A DNA stretch of 54,904 nt, filler included, from Bipalium vagum (taxonomy: Eukaryota), in the NCBI GenBank assembly GCA_037834085.1. It is 3 parts of 3 records of this genome, joined end to end, with 100 filler letters (N's around TTAATTAATTAA, not from the genome) between each part and the next. Parts side by side here need not be neighbours in the genome. Positions count along the whole stretch, not along the records: positions 15,684 to 34,920 come from JBBMKC010006645.1; positions 35,021 to 54,904 come from JBBMKC010265658.1; 1 more part is not named here. One strand, written 5' to 3'. Positions 26,001 through 36,912 of this stretch are shown one piece after another. The number at the start of each line of letters is the position of its first letter. Position 1 is the stretch's first letter. Made by a program: the position numbers and the translations under genes. A model generated the notes under the pieces. That model did no database searches. It worked only from the letters and a program-made list of their open reading frames with translations, and was not told where the DNA came from.

Positions 26001-28042
26001 TATATTTCATATAACTTTTATAGATTTTTTCGATTATTACTGTGAGAATTTGAACATATTTCGAATTTTAAAATTTTTATAAAGTGTCCTTTTTAAAATT
26101 CGATGTGAATATTAAATTAATTTTAAAATATCTTTTTTAAAAAATAATAAAAGAGACTTTATTTTAATTAATTAATTTAAGGAAATTTGTTTAAGTTTTT
26201 TTTTATTGGAATAATAAAATTTTTGAAACTATGTGTGAATTTATTGAAATAGCTGCTAACAATTACCACTTTTAATATTTTATTTTTTAAAAGTTTTACG
26301 CCGATTTAGTTTACACATGATGTTAATTTTAAAAGGCTCTGGTAATGTATTTAACCATTCCATATTCTTAATTTATGTGTTGAACTGTCAACTTGGATAT
26401 GAGCTAGTTAATCAAGTCCTAGATTATAACCGAGAAATAGAATACCATTCGATATTCATCTGATACTAAGAAATTATTAATGACCTTCCATGTTTTTCTC
26501 TTGAAAATATTCTCATTCTATGTCTTAGATACCTTTCTTCACAAGGACCAACCTTCGAGTTTGGAACACTTGTTCGCTTTCTATAACATCAGACATCAGA
26601 AAAATGTATTTGGAAATAAAAAATATGGAGATATTTCAAATTGTTTTAATTTGAAGACAATAGTAGTCCTAAATAAATCATTATATAAAATAAAATAATG
26701 TTACAAAAATATTGATTTATCATAATTTTTCTTTAAATTAAAATATAAATAAAGTGTCTTCAAGGATGTGATTTTAATTAGTTTAATGATTTTTGGGAAA
26801 ATGAGAATGTAAACTGATTAATTATAAAAATTAACTTTTAAAATAAGTTTTTTCTTTTTTAATTAAGTATTCTGGTGCTAAGATTAATTATATGAACAAT
26901 AATGATAAAAATATAAAAGAAGATCTACTTTCAAAATAAAATTCTGCGTGGGGTGTAGTCAAATCGGTGGATGTATCAACATGACCAAGGACATCGGGCA
27001 GTCTTGTCCTTAAGATACTCAAATACCCATCCACAAATGAACCAATGAAGATGTGATCTTCAGTCTGAAGAGAATAGGTCTTGTGATAATATACATCCGA
27101 CGTGTATCTCTTTTTCTTCCACCTAAGATCTGTATTGAGGATTTTATTCTGCAGAAGAATTAAAGTGGTTCATAACATCATTTTTTTACTTTTGGTATTA
27201 TGCAGTTTGTTAAAGGAGGACTAGCTAAATAATGTTGAGGTACTATATAACAGAACCAGATCATTTTCTGATTAAGAAGAACAATTTCTGAAATATGGTT
27301 GATTATTAGATTTTCTTCACAATCTGAAACCTTTGAAAAATAAGTTTTAAGAATTAAATATCAACAATAATAATTACTATTTATAATTAATATTATTAAA
27401 AACCTTTGAAGAAATTAGACGTCTATAATAATACCTTTGTTATTCCATAATTGTTAGGAAATGTCAATAAAGTCCACAAAACAATATCAAGCCAAAAATT
27501 GTTTTGGATGAACCAAAACGTGTACAATTATTTATCAACGCTTTTTTACCTTTGTTTTGGTAGTTTTTGTTTTCATTTTGTAAATTTTTTGAAATTTAAT
27601 TTTAAAAACGTTATAAAATTAGTCAACTCAGTGTAACAGATGAAAAAACAAGTTTATTATACCTAGGCTCTAATCAATATATATTTTAACACCATTAAGT
27701 TCACAAATATTCACCTTTGTTATCAATTTTCAATTTGAAATCTTCAATAAATTTCTCACACTTTCGTTCATCTTCAGTTAACGCGCTCAATTCATTAAAT
27801 GCTGTACAAAGTCAGTGAGTTCTTCTTTTATTATAATAGCAATATTAATTTTTTATAATATTAATATTTTATTTATTAGACAATGAAAAAGTTAATAAAT
27901 TCTGTACACATATAGTTGCAAGATTTTTATTCAGCTGTAAAGTCTCAAGGAGCACAATAAGACCTTTCAGTTAGTTAGTTTTAACATTTGTTATTTTTAT
28001 TTATATTTATAATTATATTTTTTTTAACTTATGGAATATTAC

Positions 28043-28077
<35 letters not shown>

Positions 28078-28861
28078 TTAATAATTATTATTATTAACAT
28101 CTTTAATAATCATTATTGTTACCAATAAGGTATAAATATTCGATTACCAAATAGATTTATTGGGTTTTTAATAAAGAAACCTTGATACATTTTATTGGTC
28201 GAAAATAGATAATAAATAATAATAAATCAAATAGATAATACACCCTCCATTCCAAAAATAACCGAACTTTAAAAAAAGGCAACCGATATTTATTTTGAAA
28301 AAAATAATTTTTATTAATCAATGTAATTGCCTTCTGCATCGATATACAAATTTGCACGCACTAACAAGTTGTCAAACGACTTCTCTATGTCCTTTTTGGT
28401 AATGGTCTTTAGGACATCGGTCACCGTACTTTTGATGGCCTCAACCGACTCGTGAAGCTTTCCTTTGATCGTCAAATGAAGCTAATGTCATGAAATTTTT
28501 ATCGGTTGTCAATGCCCACGTTATCTATGGATATAATGTTAAAATAAATGGCACTTGTAGTTCTATTTTTTTAAAAAGTTCGGTTATTTTTGGAATGGAG
28601 GGTATATGTAGACCTTAATTATCAATTAATTTCTTTCACCTGCTCCATAAGTTTTTTAAAGTCAATTGATTTTAAGTCGAAAGTTTTAATTCAATTGTTT
28701 AAGAGCTGTCATATCATTTAATGAATCAAATTTCCAATCATTTATTTTGGATAACCAAGATGTGTATGGCCTTGTATTTTTATTTTGGTTACTTATGTTA
28801 CTTATATATTAATTAATTACTAATTATGATTATTTATTTGATTAATAATTGGATATTATAC

Positions 28862-28906
<45 letters not shown>

Positions 28907-28989
28907 TTACCATGGAATCAACACATGCATCAATTTTGTGAACACTGAGTATCCCCATCGATTCTACATCTAATTCTAATATGGTATCA
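17033..28989 (-). CDS. Divergent Sema-domain protein (semaphorin/plexin superfamily), partial at both ends
   Basis: Exons 28911(or 28925)-28989, 27715-27801, 27663-27669, 27404-27422(or 27434), 27190-27330, 26929-27148, 17033-17354. Translation includes ERKCEKF...VSDCEENLIINHISEIV...WFC...PLTNC and NFLEVFETEYEVYFL...YVTRLIRICKKDKGG...TTAKADVVC, matching the Sema SRVARVCKxDxGG...FLKARLNC block. The 9.6-kb intron joins in phase 1. Confidence 0.75.
18780..19820 (-). mobile_element. Decayed mariner-like element
   Basis: Fragmented transposase-like frames on the minus strand with many stops; boundaries approximate. Confidence 0.45.
19992..20047 (+). mobile_element. Decayed fragment (LTR end + PBS) of the tRNA-LTR TRIM family
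   Basis: AATTGATATTAACATGGCAACTACGCCAGGATATTAA aligns without gaps to AATTTTCACTAACATGGCGACCACACCAGGACACCAA (7220-7256); most differences are transitions. Confidence 0.6.
20055..20797 (-). mobile_element. mariner transposase remnant (5' half)
   Basis: QNFRHVLSFFY N-terminus, NIKRRRS and KVMLFILWE*KGII*YEL motifs; terminus ...TTCCACAATCTAATA. Confidence 0.75.
21690..21887 (+). mobile_element. mariner 3' end fragment
   Basis: KWLEGFLASKKPEFFQDGIHELSAR*HKVIHNNGDYVD* followed by TIR-like ...TTTGTACATCTAATA. Confidence 0.75.
23719..26000 (-). mobile_element. Older Tc1-like element hosting the 23755-25239 insertion
   Basis: Termini CTAGTGGTCAAAAAAGTACC and rc CTGTTGGCCGAAAAAGTACC match at 16/20 and are flanked by TA. 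Transposase start MIQLSEFQEGCLGGLLEAALS...RKIGSGCLSKTT at about 25650-25858. Confidence 0.6.
23755..25239 (-). mobile_element. Near full-length Tc1/Tc3-like (DD34E-type) transposon, inactivated
   Basis: 27-bp imperfect TIRs at 23755-23781 and 25213-25239 flanked by TA; motifs RGPKAKIS, FQQDN, WPPYSPELNPLENLWGIL, SMPNRI. Confidence 0.88.
28241..28604 (-). mobile_element. mariner deletion derivative / MITE
   Basis: About 30-bp near-perfect TIRs (ACCCTCCATTCCAAAAATAACCGAACTTT) with TA flanks; interior keeps the open transposase C-terminus IKGKLHESVEAIK...IDAEGNYID*. Confidence 0.9.
28862..28905. repeat. (AAT)n microsatellite; others at about 28043-28075, 49918-50005 (AAT/AATAATATG), 53883-53922, 54859-54904
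   Basis: Directly visible trinucleotide runs. Confidence 0.95.
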
Positions 28990-29959
28990 CTATAAAAAAA
29001 TGAAGAAATATATGTTATAAAATATTTATGAAGCAATTAAAACAAAAGAATGGTGCTCGTTTAAAAATTTGTATTATTATTATAAAATTAAATTGTTTTA
29101 ATTCTTATACATCTGAAAAAAAGTTAATTATAAAATGGACTGTCTTTTGTTTTAAATGAGCTTTGGGAATTGCTGAGAATGAACGTCTGTTATAATAAAC
29201 AACGCTGTTTTGTTAAAGATTTAAACACCTCTCTCAGATTTTATTATTAATAAAATTATTCTATTCTAGAAAGTTAGAATTTCCTCACAGTGAACGCATC
29301 ACTTTTTATTTAAAGTTTTAAATAAATAAACGAAACCATTAACCATGAAGACAATAAAATACATCACCAACATGAGTAAAAGGTTCCGACAACAGAGCTT
29401 CAGAGATTAGTTTTTTATTGATTTATTTAATTTTCATTAATGTAAATCAAAAGTTTTTAATTGATTTAAAGAGATCATTTTCTAATTAGTCACCGAAAAG
29501 ATCAATCATCGATTTTTCGAATCTCAATGCTCAAAGGTCGACGTATTTGTATTAAATGTCAGCGGAACGATGTCCTATTCCAAACTCATGGCCCATGACC
29601 CAAAGATCAAAACTTTCTGTGAACATAAAATCACTGAAGACTTCATGAAAATATTTTTGTTTAGGATATTGGACTTTTAATACCAGTATGATCTTATCAT
29701 AAGATTTACGAAGTTAATGACTAAATTTCCAACAGCGTGTCGCCTTTTTTTGACTGGGTAATGAAAATAATATATAAAATATAATTCAAGGAAAATATAA
29801 AAGGAAAACTTTTAATAAAATCATAATTTCAATTTCCAGCTGATTGGATATACTTTGAGTACCTTTCTAATGATTTTAACTGGACTTCCTGTTAGGTGAC
29901 ATGAAATATCTGAATTACTTTAAGTAGAATTTACTGATAAAAGATCTGTTTTATGATAA

Positions 29960-31330
29960 ATTTTGTAAAAAAAGAAATATTTTGAAGTTTTCTGTAGTTT
30001 CGGCATGAATTTTTCGTTCTACATCTCGGGGACTCTCGATATCTATTGCTCTAAATTACTCTTATTTGTTTAGTTAATGTGATAAAATATTAATAATATT
30101 GTTCTTGTTGTAAAAAATTCTTATTGAAGAAAAGCGTCTGAAAATAGCAGTTTGAAACGTTTAGGTCGGAAAGAAAGTGATTCGTATTTTACATGAAAAT
30201 GTTCGGTAACATTTTAGAAGCAACATTTTTATTCACTAAAATAATTTCCATGATTATTCATGACCATTAACTATCTTCCACGTACCAAATCATTCTTTTC
30301 TAAAACAAGACCAATTTTAATGAACCAACTTTGATATTCTCCTTCATCCTAAATGTTTTTCTCTTTCAAAAAATATTGGTAGTTAAAATTACGTTTTTGC
30401 GCTTCTAGAATACAAAGAACTCTCAATGTCTCATAAGCTTGACGTCACACATTTTAGACTCAAAAAGAGGAAACAATACAACAATAATAAATGTAAAAAA
30501 ATGTATGTTTTTATATTGAAGCGATATTATGTAGTTAATATAAACAAAAAATTCAAAAAATACGGTATCACCATTTTGCTAACATGCTGCAATATTATTA
30601 TTATTATTTATAAATATTATTATTGTACTATTTTGAGCCTCTATTCTATCAACGTTGATATTATTTTTCTGTGATATCATTTTAAAATTATTAGGTGTTC
30701 AGATGAATAATGAGGATTTATGTAAATCGATTCGCTGACATACGATATATCGTACCTGTAATATAATTTTGAAATCAAATCAAATCCGTTTGGTTTTAAT
30801 AATCGCTATTTACTTGAGTAATTATTCACATTTTCATAAAATATTAGTGCATTCAATAGTTCTAAATCTATACACTTATCCCAGGCAAAGATCAAGTTGT
30901 GGGAGGTTCTTATTTGTTATTTTGTGAAGAACAAAAGTGCTTCAGAAAGCTACCGAATACTTTATGAGGCTTATGGAAAACATGAAAGCTTCAAAAATAA
31001 TGATTTTTGTGTAACGGAAAAAGAACCTCCAGGTCATCCTTCCTAATGTGAAAATAAAGATTTAGTCTCAAAAACATCTTGCCATAAAATTAGGTTTTAC
31101 TCATCAGACAATATGTGCAAAATTTTAAAGGAATGAAAATGAAAAGCTTTATCAATTGGATAAAAGATAACTGGAAAACCTAAAAGTGATAAGTAAGATG
31201 TTAAAACGATGTGAAAGAAAGTCATTCTTAAATCAAATTTTGACAGACGAAAAGTGGTTTTTTTTAATCCGAGACGCCCGATAACAACCCCAAGTCAGAT
31301 GTAAAAAAAGACAGCATTGGAAAAAATACC
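29960..31330. mobile_element. Two decayed mariner remnants (minus about 29960-30440, plus about 30690-31330)
   Basis: Mariner N-terminal HTH-like text and FLNQILTDEKWFF on the plus strand; TIR-like TTAGGTGTTCAGATGAAT at about 30691. Confidence 0.55.
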
Positions 31331-31699
31331 AGTTTTTTCAATATTAAATGGTAATAACTGAAAATATAGTTTTCTTGTTTTAATAATACTTTTTCATCTC
31401 AGTAAGAATGTCAAAGAAGAAAGTAATAATGTCTGAGAACCCCTTGTACACTACAATAAATTGGCATCGAACATAACCTTTAAAGGTTCAAGATTCAGAA
31501 TGAAAAAAAAATGTTTAAACATACTTTCTAGTTACAATGAACATTGATTTGTGGTTCTTCTGATTGATAATTTGGAACAATGTAAAATTGTTGAAGTTTG
31601 GATGAGAGAATGAAGTCTCCAACAGAGCTTGCTCTATGTAAAAATCGCAATTTATCAATTGTCACAAATTTTTTACAAACTTTTTTGTTAATAATATAC

Positions 31700-32862
31700 G
31701 TATGTTTAAAAATAAAAAAATATGTTTAAAATCTTTTTTGCATAAAATTAGTTTCTTTGAATTTTCAACAGTGATCTTATATAAATTTATTGATATTTTA
31801 AACATGGTAACATTCCTCGCATCGAGAGGCCATAATTAATTTGAGCCAATCAAAGATGAAACCCTCTATTATTGCAGCAAGCCTAAATGCTCGATTCCAT
31901 TTGATCTCGAAGTCCTGAAACAGTGGTGGAAAAGAAAGAACATAGTCGACGAAGAACTGTTTTTTGTTGAATCATCAAAATGCGAATCACAAGAAATGAC
32001 GGGGTCAGTTTGAATAAAATGGCAAAGGATCTCCAAATGTCTCGTTCAACTCTTCAGTCAATGTTCATAGTGACCTTGGCTTTTAAAGTTATCGCTTGAT
32101 CAATGAAAAATTTCTCACTGACCAGCAAAACAAAAAAGGTAAGGAAAATGAAAGTTGTGTGATTTTTCAAGGTGCCCGCATCGAAAAGGTTCTTAGAATA
32201 ATAAGGTGCCTAGAATAACCGCCAACTTCTCAATCCATCTCTCAAGAACACTCCCAAACGGAAAATTGCTACAAAAGACCAGTTCCAAAAAGTTTGATGG
32301 CTTGTGGTGATGTCAGTGCTGCAGGCAAGACTTCGTTGGTTTTTATTGACAAAAACGTAAAATTAATGCTATCAGGAAGAGATTCTGGAATAAGCTGTGG
32401 TGTCGCGGAAGAGAAACCATTTTTATATTATTTTTCATCAGGACTGGGCTTCAGGTCACGGAGTCAAAACTAATTTTTTTTTCTCGACACAAAAAATTTG
32501 CTCTTTTATGACGAAGAATCTCTGGTCAACGAACCACCCAGATCTCAACCCGTTAAACTGTTCTGTTTGAGGCTTTGTAGAAGCACAATTAAGAAGTCGA
32601 AAAGTACAGAATTTGAATAATTTATGCAAAGAATCCATAAAAATCTGAAACGATTTAGACATCAATTACCGGCGGTGCACCTTCGATTCTGCGAAAAAGC
32701 GAATTGAAGTCTGTATCGAAGCCGATGGAGGCCACTTTGAAAATTCGTTATAAAAGTCGTTTCTAAGTTTATTTGTTTTATTAAAAAGTTTTAGCCAATT
32801 GACTTTCCTTATTGTTCCGGTATCTTAACCTAAATATTACACCAATTTACAGGCCACCCTGC
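31700..32862 (+). mobile_element. Tc1/mariner DD37D (maT)-like remnant
   Basis: FHQDWASGH, WSTNHPDLNPLNCSV*G, CIEADGGHFE motifs; right end GGCCACCCTG. Confidence 0.75.
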
Positions 32863-34920
32863 ATAGTTTTTTTGTGAATGGAGTCTGGACTTAAGGAAAA
32901 CCTTAGAAATTTTTTTTAGAAAATTTATTCTGAAAAAAATTGTAAAAATATCCTGATATTTAAATTCAATATAATTGATAATAATATCATTTTGATAATT
33001 AAACATTATTTTCTTTTATTGAATTAATAATGAAAAAATAAATAATTTTTTTAAATAACAATTTTATATCGATTTTCCAANNNNNNNNNNNNNNNNNNNN
33101 NNNNNNNNNNNNNNNNNNNNNNNNNNNNNNNNNNNNNNNNNNNNNNNNNNNNNNNNNNNNNNNNNNNNNNNNNNNNNNNNNNNNNNNNNNNNNNNNNNNN
33201 NNNNNNNNNNNNNNNNNNNNNNNNNNNNNNNNNNNNNNCAGTTTTTACTGGATCCACCCTGCAATATTGATCTGAGGTGAATCGAATAATTCGTCAGTGC
33301 TTATATTTATTATTGTAAAACTTGAACTTAAATTATTGGCAGCCGATCCAACGTCGGTTAAGAAAAATAAATAATCTTAAAATGTAAATATAAACCATGT
33401 ACATTCACAGAAAAATAAAATAGCATGAGGACAAATTAAGTTCAGTAAGGAAAATTATATTATTTATTTTTATTTTACAAAATTTACCTCAAACTATAAA
33501 ATATTTATTTATAAATATAAAGATATGGATACAGTGTATTGTTAGGAGTAATTTCGTCCAAAGCCCCTTTCATGAGCAAATCATTCTGTAAGATGAAATG
33601 GATTTTGAGGATAGATATTGCGGATGGATTTTGGGGAGGGATTTTCGAAGATGGACATTTGGGATCATTTAATCCACAACGCGTTCCTCAATACCATCTC
33701 GAAATAAGATAAATGCTTAAAAGTCTGGAAGATATATATTCTACTCTATGGCTAATCGGCTTTGGCTTATGGAAACAATATTAACGAGACGAAAAATATT
33801 AATAATTTCGGAAATTTCAATAAAAGGTTATTTATTAAACTAATTAAATAAAATATTAAGTTTATTATAAATAATATTTTAAAATGTTAAAATAAATAGA
33901 AAAAATATAATTAAAATATGAATAATTATTTTTGACGCCTTGTTAATTTAGAGGATGAATTTTCAGTGGAATTTATTTAATTATAATTAAAATGAATATA
34001 TTTATAAATAATATTTTTATTTAAAGTTTCTCTGAAATAAAAATTATAAATAAACAGATAAAGGTGGCTGTAGATTTTCACTTAAGCAATATCTTTTCAG
34101 AAAATATTTTTAAAAAAATAAAAATTCCTCTTCATTAAAACAAATTCACTTTGAAAAATATTAATAATATTTCAATTGGAAAAACGATAAAAATTCATTT
34201 GTTTAAAACAAATACTTTGAGATCTTCTTTGAATTTGAATTTAGAAAAATTATCATTTAGATAATTAAAAAAACCCAATTTATTTTTCCAGGACATGGAG
34301 ATGAAAGATTCTGAAATTATTTTTTAAGTCTGTCATTAAAATCTGAACCTCAGAGGTTCGACAAATTCTGATTTTTATGTTAATTTCCTATAGAAAATTA
34401 ATTATCACAGAAATTGCCAACCGCCCTCCACCCCAGTTGCGTATTAATTGCCAATAACCCTGAAAGGCAGCGTTATTTTAGCCCGTTTGCAGCCGATTTA
34501 TCTTGACGAGTTCTCGTTTGTCAAAGCTGGCCAGTCTGGTAGGTTTGATCTTTACCATTCTGTCACTCTCAAAATTAAGTAAATAAATATTGATCATTGA
34601 CCTATGTGTGATAAAAAGTCAATTCCAATTAACTGCTTATTCTCTATAGCATTTTGGCAATTCTGCCAACTGAACTTGTAGAAAATCTGTCTTTTAAGGT
34701 TAAATTAAGCGCTGCTTTTATTTTTTAAAAATAATAAAAACTGATAACAAGTTATTGATGATGGTAAATATAAATATTATTTTTTTATGAATTTTAAAAT
34801 TAAAAATAAACAAAAAAACATTTAAATTTATAATTTATAAATTAATAATAATTGTAAATAAAAAAAAATTTTTAAAAATTAAATAAATTTTGGTCAAGCG
34901 AATATTTATTTTAATTAATA

Positions 34921-35020
34921 NNNNNNNNNNNNNNNNNNNNNNNNNNNNNNNNNNNNNNNNNNNNTTAATTAATTAANNNNNNNNNNNNNNNNNNNNNNNN
35001 NNNNNNNNNNNNNNNNNNNN
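34921..35020. other. Artificial contig linker N44-TTAATTAATTAA-N44
   Basis: Same structure as 15584-15683. Confidence 0.95.
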
Positions 35021-35312
35021 GGAAACACTACAAACACAATGGGTTTCAATGACCTCTGAAATTCTCCGGAAATTGCTCCTTCGTATGCCAAGAATTTATG
35101 CAGCTGTTGTTAAAAATAAAGGAGGCTACTTTGACGAATCTATTATGTAGTAAAAAATAAATATTTTTTTTGTTAGATCGATTATATATGAAAAGGATTA
35201 TTAAATTTTTTAAATAAATTTATTTCGAAAAAATTGTCATGAATAAAAGTGTACTATTTATATTATATTTAAAAATTCAAGTACCTGCCTAATACTTTTG
35301 AGCGGTAGTGTA
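35021..35312 (+). mobile_element. Tc1-like 3' end
   Basis: SMP-R...AVVKNKGGYFDE followed by TIR-like CCTAATACTTTTGAGCGGTAGTGTA. Confidence 0.7.
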
Positions 35313-35339
35313 TATTTAAAAATATTTTATTATTACAAT

Positions 35340-36710
35340 ACACCAGGTTTGCCAAAAATAAAATTCGTCTTTTACCAAAACAAAATTTCTTTCAGAAGCA
35401 ACAATGAAACAGTTTCAATTATCAATAACTCTGCCATCTTTGACACAAAGAATGGATTCCATTCTTACAAGTCTTCGAAAGAATTATTCACAAAATTATG
35501 ACATCCATATTTTGACCACATCGTTAATTTTGAATATCTTATTGTCCAAAGAATGGTGCATTGATCTAAATAGATGGTAACCAGATGGAGCTACATCTGG
35601 AATATAGGTCGAATAGCACAAAATTATCCAGTCAATTCCTTGATTTTCTGTTGAGTCATATTTGTAATGTGCGAGCTACCGTTGTCATGTAGAATTTTTT
35701 AATGTATTTATAGTTGACAGCACAAAGATCGGTCAACACGGTTGATTTGTTCTGCATATAGTCCTGAAATAACAGTTTGACCGTTATCCAGCTGTTCGAA
35801 ATATACAAAACCTTTGGTGTTCCATCATACTCAAGGCATGACTTTGAAAAAATAATTTTGGCTTTGGAGTCGGTTTTGGTTGTTCACTATCGTCTAATCA
35901 ATGTTGTTTTCTTCTCGAATTGTTTCATAATATCCATTTTCACCTGACGTTACAATACAATTAAGGAATCTGCTGTTCTTAGCTTTACAAAGAAGATTTC
36001 CAACATTGATCGCTCATGTCGCCTTGTTGTAATTGCCAATCCCGAATTCCGCTTCTATTTACTTTTCCAATTGCGTGTATGTGGCTTTCAATAGTATTTT
36101 GAGTGTAAGCAAATTATTCTGCAAGCTCACGAGTATTTTAGCAGGGATCTAACATGATGGTTTCTTTTAATGCTTCGTTGTTACGACGAGGTTGATGTTT
36201 TTCGTCTTCTAGACTTTCATTACCATTTTGGAAATTCTGAAACCATCACTGACATTGGCATAATGCTGGAACATAATCTCCGAATACCTGACAAAAATTG
36301 CGATGAGATTTACCTTGTTGGAATTTGTATAGGAAACAAATCCGCACTCTATTTTTGATCTATCATTTTCTATAGATTTATTATTTCAAAATTAAATCAA
36401 TTTTATGTAAATAATATATCAAATTACTTGATTAAAACAGCTTTATCATATAAATAACTTTTTACATAAATATTTTATAATAGCAAAAATNNNNNNNNNN
36501 NNNNNNNNNNNNNNNNNNNNNNNNNNNNNNNNNNNNNNNNNNNNNNNNNNNNNNNNNNNNNNNNNNNNNNNNNNNNNNNNNNNNNNNNNNATATATCAAA
36601 TTACTTGATTAAAACAGCTTTATCATATAAATAACTTTTTACATAAATATTTTATAATAGCAAAAATTTAAGAAAATGCTTGTCGACTTTTATAGTTGGC
36701 CAATCTAATA
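35340..36710 (-). mobile_element. mariner element, decayed, near full length
   Basis: Minus-strand motifs FLNCIVTSGEKW, LHDNGSSH, PYIPDVAPSGY; terminus TTGGCCAATCTAATA. Confidence 0.75.
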
Positions 36711-36912
36711 TATTTTAATGTCATCAAATTTTTATTAAATTATGAATAAACGGATTTTATAAATAACAAAGATATTAATAAAGTGAAAAATATTTAATAT
36801 TTAGAAAAATAATATTTATTTAGAGAAAATAATATTTTATTATAATATTTAATTTTATGAATAAATAATAAATGTAAAAATAATAGATACTGAAAATTAT
36901 CTGAGAGCTTAC

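Noticed and set aside
28842-28910. Poly-Leu transmembrane-like tail in ORF 28842-29036
   Set aside because: Translation of an intronic (AAT)n microsatellite.
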